64,000 nt of DNA from NCBI GenBank assembly GCA_040772725.1, contig JAXGXR010000001.1, forward strand, positions 856,377 to 920,376. Direction: 5' to 3'. The notes under the pieces were generated by a model. It was not told where the DNA came from. It saw only the letters and a program-made list of their open reading frames with translations, and did no database searches. This document shows positions 59,057-64,000 of this stretch, in pieces; position 1 is the stretch's first letter; every line of letters starts with the position of its first letter. Origin of the DNA: Clostridia bacterium (GTDB lineage Bacteria; Bacillota; Clostridia; Saccharofermentanales; UBA5734). Made by a program: the position numbers and the translations under genes.

Positions 59057-59851
59057 TCAAGTTTCAGATTTTGCCTTTTTCACGCGTTCCCGCAACGCCC
59101 GTACCAGCGCGGCCCGACTGGCTACCCAGGATCGCAGACTGTCTAGGGGCTTTTTCGCCAGACCCTGGTCATCTTTTCGCGTCAGCATGAGGACACCGTC
59201 CAGGAACACCGCCTGGCCGACCTGTTCCGCCAGCAGGCCGATCCACTGGGCCGAAGACGCGATCTCCGGCGGGATCGGCAAAGCGATCCGAAGGAATTTT
59301 TTCCGGATCGCGATCGCCCCCAGCCGGTACGGGTTTTTGAAGATGTTGCGGATCATCCCCGGACGGGCCTTATGCAAATCGAAAAGCGTCCCGCTTTCCG
59401 CGAAGCGGTTCCTGTCCGTATAACGGACATCATGCTGGACCATCATCGCGTCCGGTTGCCGTGCAAAAGCGGCCAGGACCCGCGAAATCTTCTCATCGAG
59501 CCAGACATCACCCGGTTCGCTGATGAACACAATCTCCCCCTGGCAGTATCGCAAGGCGTTGGTCAGGTTCAGGACCGGACCGCGCCGAGGTCCGTCGATC
59601 CAGCGGATCCGGCGGTCCTTGAAAATCAGGCTGGCCAGCAGGTCAGCTGTACCATCCATCGAGCCGTCATCCGAAATGACCAGTTCATCATCCGGTCCCA
59701 AATGTCGCAAGATAGCAGGCACCTGGTCGATGATCGAGTCTTTGTCGTTCTGCACAGCAAGCGCAACTGATACACGCGGGGTCCAGCCAATCAGGACCGT
59801 TTCCTGACCAGGCAAAGCCTGTTGGTCTTTCGATGTGAGAAAGCGCTTCAT
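59057..59851 (-). CDS. Glycosyltransferase family 2 protein with degenerate active-site motifs
   Basis: RVSVAL, ELVISDDGSMDGT and GEIVFISEPGDVWLDEK (DxD lost). Confidence 0.75.
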   Translation of the reverse strand: MKRFLTSKDQQALPGQETVLIGWTPRVSVALAVQNDKDSIIDQVPAILRHLGPDDELVISDDGSMDGTADLLASLIFKDRRIRWIDGPRRGPVLNLTNALRYCQGEIVFISEPGDVWLDEKISRVLAAFARQPDAMMVQHDVRYTDRNRFAESGTLFDLHKARPGMIRNIFKNPYRLGAIAIRKKFLRIALPIPPEIASSAQWIGLLAEQVGQAVFLDGVLMLTRKDDQGLAKKPLDSLRSWVASRAALVRALRERVKKAKSET

Positions 59852-59853
59852 CG

Positions 59854-61443
59854 TCAGTCACCCATGAGGCCGGATGCCACGATCTTCTCGGCGCAACGCA
59901 GGCCGTCCACCGCAGCCGACATGATGCCTCCGGCATATCCGGCACCTTCCCCGCAAGGGAAAAGGCCTGCCAGGCTGCTCTGGCCGGACTCGTCACGGAC
60001 GATGCGCACCGGTGACGAACTGCGGGTCTCCACGCCGGTCAGAACAGCCCCGGGATCCGCAAAACCATGGAGTTTGCGTGCCAGGAGCGGCAGCCCGTCC
60101 TTCAGGTCATGAAGAACAAATGCTGGCAGCACGTCCGCAAGATCAGTGAACGCCACGCCGTTGGCATAGGTCGGGTTGACCATCCGATCAGCCGCAATGC
60201 CCCCGTGCAGCGACAGGAAATCGCCGACTCTCTGGGCCGGAGCCTTTCCCGCTTGCCCGGCTGCCGCGAAAGCCTTGCGTTCGATCTGTTGCTGGAAATG
60301 CATGCCGGCGAGCGGATCGTCGGTGGCGAAGTCTTCCGGCCTGACCGGTACCAGCAGGGCGCTGTTGGCATTTTCACCATCGCGGCTGAAGTGGCTCATG
60401 CCGTTAGTGACGACTTCCCCGTCCGCGGAGGCGGCGGCGATCACCTGGCCGCCCGGGCACATGCAAAAGCTATAGAGCGTCCGGCCGCTGTCCAATGGGC
60501 AGGACAACTTGTATTCGGCCGGCGGGAGGCTCGGGTGACCGGCTGCCGGACCATATTGGGCCCGATCGATCAGACTCTGGCAATGCTCGATCCGGACGCC
60601 GACCGAGAAGGGTTTGGGCGACATGGCGACACCGACCTCCTTCAGCAGGCCAAACGTGTCCCGCGCACTGTGGCCGATCGCCAGGACGATCGCGTCAGCC
60701 GGTATTTCCTGCGGTGCTTGTGTTCCTGTCTGGATCCGGATCCCGCGGACCTGGTCAGGGCCGCCCGGAGCAGAGGCTGATCCGGTCAGAACACCGGTCA
60801 ACCGGGTCTGGAAACGGACTTCTCCGCCGGCAGCCACGATTTTCTGACGCATCGCGGCCACGACGGTCCTCAGGCGGTCTGTGCCGATGTGCGGCTTGGA
60901 AAGGAACAGGATCTCAGGAGGTGCGCCCAAGAGGACGAATTCTTCCAGGACCGCTCGAATGCGCGGATCACGGATGCCTGTGGTGAGTTTGCCATCCGAA
61001 AAAGTGCCCGCGCCACCCTCGCCAAACTGGACGTTGGACTCAGGATCGAGCGGGCCGCCATTCCAGAAGCGTGCGACATCGAGCTGGCGTTGCTCCACCG
61101 GCCGGCCACGTTCGATCAGGAGCGGCTGAAGTCCGGCCAGCGCCAGATACAGGGCGGCAAAAAGCCCTGCGGGGCCGGCGCCGACCACCACCACGCGCTT
61201 GTGGGCAGACGCGGTCCATGCCCGATCGACCAGTTCAGCGACTCCCCGCGGTATTTCCAGAAACCGGTCTTCCGTCAGCTGGTAGACAATGCGGATGTCA
61301 CTTTTCTTTCGAGCATCGATCGACTTGCGCAAGATCGCGTAGTGAGCGGCCTGTTCAAGCGACAGGTGAGCCTTCCGGGCGAATGCCTCGACAAGCTGTG
61401 ATGGCGTATGCGTATAGGGCAGACTCAGATCGACCGGTTTCAT
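59854..61443 (-). CDS. FAD-dependent oxidoreductase (conserved uncharacterised family)
   Basis: GAGPAG, NVQFGEGGAGTFSDGKL, PHIGTD, FCMCPGG and GEGAGYAGGI; ATGA overlap with the upstream gene. Confidence 0.88.
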   Translation of the reverse strand: MKPVDLSLPYTHTPSQLVEAFARKAHLSLEQAAHYAILRKSIDARKKSDIRIVYQLTEDRFLEIPRGVAELVDRAWTASAHKRVVVVGAGPAGLFAALYLALAGLQPLLIERGRPVEQRQLDVARFWNGGPLDPESNVQFGEGGAGTFSDGKLTTGIRDPRIRAVLEEFVLLGAPPEILFLSKPHIGTDRLRTVVAAMRQKIVAAGGEVRFQTRLTGVLTGSASAPGGPDQVRGIRIQTGTQAPQEIPADAIVLAIGHSARDTFGLLKEVGVAMSPKPFSVGVRIEHCQSLIDRAQYGPAAGHPSLPPAEYKLSCPLDSGRTLYSFCMCPGGQVIAAASADGEVVTNGMSHFSRDGENANSALLVPVRPEDFATDDPLAGMHFQQQIERKAFAAAGQAGKAPAQRVGDFLSLHGGIAADRMVNPTYANGVAFTDLADVLPAFVLHDLKDGLPLLARKLHGFADPGAVLTGVETRSSSPVRIVRDESGQSSLAGLFPCGEGAGYAGGIMSAAVDGLRCAEKIVASGLMGD

Positions 61444-62852
61444 GACGGGCTTCTCGTACGCGGTCCGTCCTCGCCAAATCGGTGACGGCGATCCTTGACG
61501 GCTGTGCGGAACTGCTTGTCCATGGCGGCGTGGCGACCACCGTCCGTCGCTTCCCGGATCAGCGCTTCGGCGGCTTTGCGGCCGGCCAGGCATCCGCTCG
61601 CCCAGGCCCACTGCAGATTGAACCCGCCGCAATCGCCATCGATGTCGAGAACCTCGCCGGCTGCATAGAGGCCGGGTACCTGGCGCGACTCCAGCGTATC
61701 CGGACGAAAGCCTGCGGTCGCGATCCCCCCGGCCGTTGCCTGGGCAAACGCGAAACCCCGCGTGCCGGTGACCTTGAAGGGCAGGTTCTTGACCATTGCG
61801 GCGATCAGACGCCGATCATCTCGAGTCAAAGAGCGGGCCGGATCTGTCATCCTGCCGTCCAAGGCCTGGCGGACGATCGTCTGTGCGAGTTTTCTATGCA
61901 GCAGTCCGTTCAGGCAATCGCCGACACTGATACCGGCGCTTGCCCCTGAAAATTCACTCAGCAGCGCGACCACGGCCGGTTCATCGTACTCCGGCATCAG
62001 ATCCAGGACAATATGCAATGGAGAGGCCGGGTGTTTTTCGCTGATCAGGCGGGCCAGGTTCAAAATGGGCGGTCCGGACAGGCCATAGTCGGTGAACAGG
62101 ATTTCACCGTCCTCCTGCGCGATCACGGACTGTTTTTCATAAAGGCGGGCTCTCCCTTGCACCTTGATGCCCGTCAATGTCCGCGTGAGGGTTGTTTCAG
62201 TCGTCACCTGCACGATGGCAGGGAGTGGCTCGACCAGTTCATGTCCAAGGTCTGCAAGCAGCGCAAACCCGCTGCCGTCGCTGCCCAGCGCGGGGCTGGC
62301 GCAGCCGCCGGTCGCCACCAGCACTTTCGCTGCGTGAAGCCGGTCTCCGGAAGCGGTGGTCAGATCGAGGCCTGACGCGTCATTCAGCGGGCTTTTGACC
62401 AGATAGAGGGGTTCGGTAGGCCGGATCGAAGCGACCGGTGAGCTGGTGCGCAACTCGACACCCCGATCGATGGCAGCCTGGCGCAAGGTGTCCAGCACCG
62501 TGTTGGCCTGCAAACTGTAGGGGAATACACGCCCATCGGCTTCCGTTCGGCATAGCATGCCCAATTCGCGAAAAAACCGGATGGTCGAATCGCTGTCCAT
62601 GCGCTTCAGCGCGCCTAGCGCGAACCGGGGATCCTGACCGTGATATCGGTCAAGCGCCACATCGACATGAGTCAGGTTGCAGCGGCCGTTGCCGGTCGCC
62701 AGGATCTTTTTGCCGACGCGGTCGAGCCGCTCGAGCACCAGGACCGGTCCGATGCGATGCGTCTTCAAAAGACGGGCGGCGGTGATCGCGGCCGCGAGGC
62801 CGGAAGCGCCGCCGCCGACAATGACAAATGGAACCGTGATCCGTTCAGGCAT
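61440..62852 (-). CDS. HI0933/BaiN family flavoprotein
   Basis: GGGASG, GKKILATGNGRCNLT, GRVFP, GLSGP and GGFNLQWAWASG. Confidence 0.92.
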   Translation of the reverse strand: MPERITVPFVIVGGGASGLAAAITAARLLKTHRIGPVLVLERLDRVGKKILATGNGRCNLTHVDVALDRYHGQDPRFALGALKRMDSDSTIRFFRELGMLCRTEADGRVFPYSLQANTVLDTLRQAAIDRGVELRTSSPVASIRPTEPLYLVKSPLNDASGLDLTTASGDRLHAAKVLVATGGCASPALGSDGSGFALLADLGHELVEPLPAIVQVTTETTLTRTLTGIKVQGRARLYEKQSVIAQEDGEILFTDYGLSGPPILNLARLISEKHPASPLHIVLDLMPEYDEPAVVALLSEFSGASAGISVGDCLNGLLHRKLAQTIVRQALDGRMTDPARSLTRDDRRLIAAMVKNLPFKVTGTRGFAFAQATAGGIATAGFRPDTLESRQVPGLYAAGEVLDIDGDCGGFNLQWAWASGCLAGRKAAEALIREATDGGRHAAMDKQFRTAVKDRRHRFGEDGPRTRSPS

Positions 62853-63519
62853 AATCAAGCATGTTTAGGCAACGGCCGTACTTGCTTCTCGATTCCGGTT
62901 CGAGCGGCAGGCTGCCTGCCAGTTCCTCGCCCAGCGCGAACAGGTCGCGGGCATCGCCTTCCTTGAGTTCGATCTCCAGTTCGCAAATGGATTCGCGCTT
63001 GTCCCCCGCGATCAATTCGCCGGTGTCAACGGACAGTTCCATCAAGGTGTCACCATACCCGACATCCATGCTCTCGCGGGTGAAGTTCGCCTGGCAGATC
63101 TCGACCAGTGGCTTCCCGTCCAGCAAGGCGAGCACCTCCCGGAGTGCTTCGTCCGGATCGCCCTCGCTGACGGAGCAGCGTAAAAACCAATCGACATCGA
63201 AGCCGACCTTGAAAAATGTTTCAGGCTCTTCATCCTCGTCAAGCTCGACCGACCACTCCATGCGTTGGTGCAAGCCGCTGCCGGGATCCGTGAAGCCGTC
63301 ACCGCGCTTGATGGTCACAACGTGAACATCTCCCTCTTTGCGGATGCGCAGAGAAGCCTTGATCGTCAGAAGATCATGGTCGGCCGTATCAAAGTAGGTA
63401 CTGTACATCTCTCGGACAATGGTGGATTCAGGCATGACCAGATCCCGAAGCCAGAAAACATCGGACAGCAGCTTCGGTCCGTCTTCGCGAAGAAAGCGAA
63501 GTTTTAGTTCGGTTTCCAA
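62845..63519 (-). CDS. CYTH domain protein
   Basis: ETELK (ExExK), STYFDT, LRIR, ICELEIELKEG and SKY; TTG start after GGAGG. Confidence 0.85.
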   Translation of the reverse strand: METELKLRFLREDGPKLLSDVFWLRDLVMPESTIVREMYSTYFDTADHDLLTIKASLRIRKEGDVHVVTIKRGDGFTDPGSGLHQRMEWSVELDEDEEPETFFKVGFDVDWFLRCSVSEGDPDEALREVLALLDGKPLVEICQANFTRESMDVGYGDTLMELSVDTGELIAGDKRESICELEIELKEGDARDLFALGEELAGSLPLEPESRSKYGRCLNMLDYA

Positions 63520-63649
63520 GAAAAATCCTCCCGGGTCAGCCGGTTGCAATTCCGGCTTGCCATGACCGGACAGCCAAGTCCAATGGCCATCGGTCGACTC
63601 TTGATGCTGATTATAGCAGATTTTGCCGATTTGGACAGGACGGGCCCAT

Positions 63650-64000
63650 TCAGCCGACCAACTCTTCAAATTCGCTCAAGGTTTTGGCGAACTCGGCCAT
63701 GGCCGCTTCAATGGGCGCAGTGGTCGTCATGTCGATGCCTGCTTTGCCAAGGGTCACCAGCGGATAATCCGAACCGCCCGCGCCAAGGAACTCAAGGTAT
63801 GGACCTACAGCCGACCGGCCCTCGGACAGGATCCGCTGGCCGATCGCAACGGCGCAGGAAAGACCGGTCGCGTATTTGTAGACATAGAACGAATTGTAGA
63901 AATGCGGAATTCGTGCCCATTCATAACGCATGAACGCGTCCACCACGACACCCGGTCCAAAGTACTGCCTAAGCAAATCTTCATAGATCCGGCTGAAGCC
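63650..64000 (-). CDS. pepF: Oligoendopeptidase F, C-terminal part
   Basis: EWARIPHFYNSFYVYKYATG and FLGAGGSDYP. Confidence 0.9.
   Translation of the reverse strand, partial: GFSRIYEDLLRQYFGPGVVVDAFMRYEWARIPHFYNSFYVYKYATGLSCAVAIGQRILSEGRSAVGPYLEFLGAGGSDYPLVTLGKAGIDMTTTAPIEAAMAEFAKTLSEFEELVG

Overview
High-GC (roughly 60%) bacterial chromosome segment. Gene content, gene order and sigma-A-type promoters point to a clostridial Bacillota. From left to right: (1) a long minus-strand operon rimP-nusA-ylxR-ylxQ-infB-rbfA-nrnA-truB-[ribF fused to an YmfF-like M16 subunit]-ymfH-lgt-rodA/ftsW(partial); (2) a small P-loop protein, a LexA-box-controlled radical SAM/TIGR03915 DNA-repair pair and mscL; (3) branched-chain amino-acid biosynthesis genes (two ilvB, two ilvN, ilvC, ilvD, leuBCD, cimA), interrupted by pta and a Zn/Mn ABC transporter with a divergent Fur/Zur regulator; (4) ABC-F, DAGK-family kinase, transglutaminase-like lipoprotein and PfkB kinase; (5) an ~18 kb catabolic island: CoA-acylating semialdehyde dehydrogenase, atypical LacI, glycerate kinase, D-2-hydroxyacid dehydrogenase, TIM-barrel isomerase, HAAT-type ABC transporter, two Zn dehydrogenases, split transketolase, PdxA2 and a DUF1537 kinase, which may encode an undescribed transketolase-based sugar-acid pathway; (6) LCP, Wzz-like and degenerate GT2 genes, two flavoproteins, a CYTH protein and the 3' end of pepF. 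No rRNA, tRNA, CRISPR array or mobile element was recognised. All calls come from reading motifs by eye; no database search was run.
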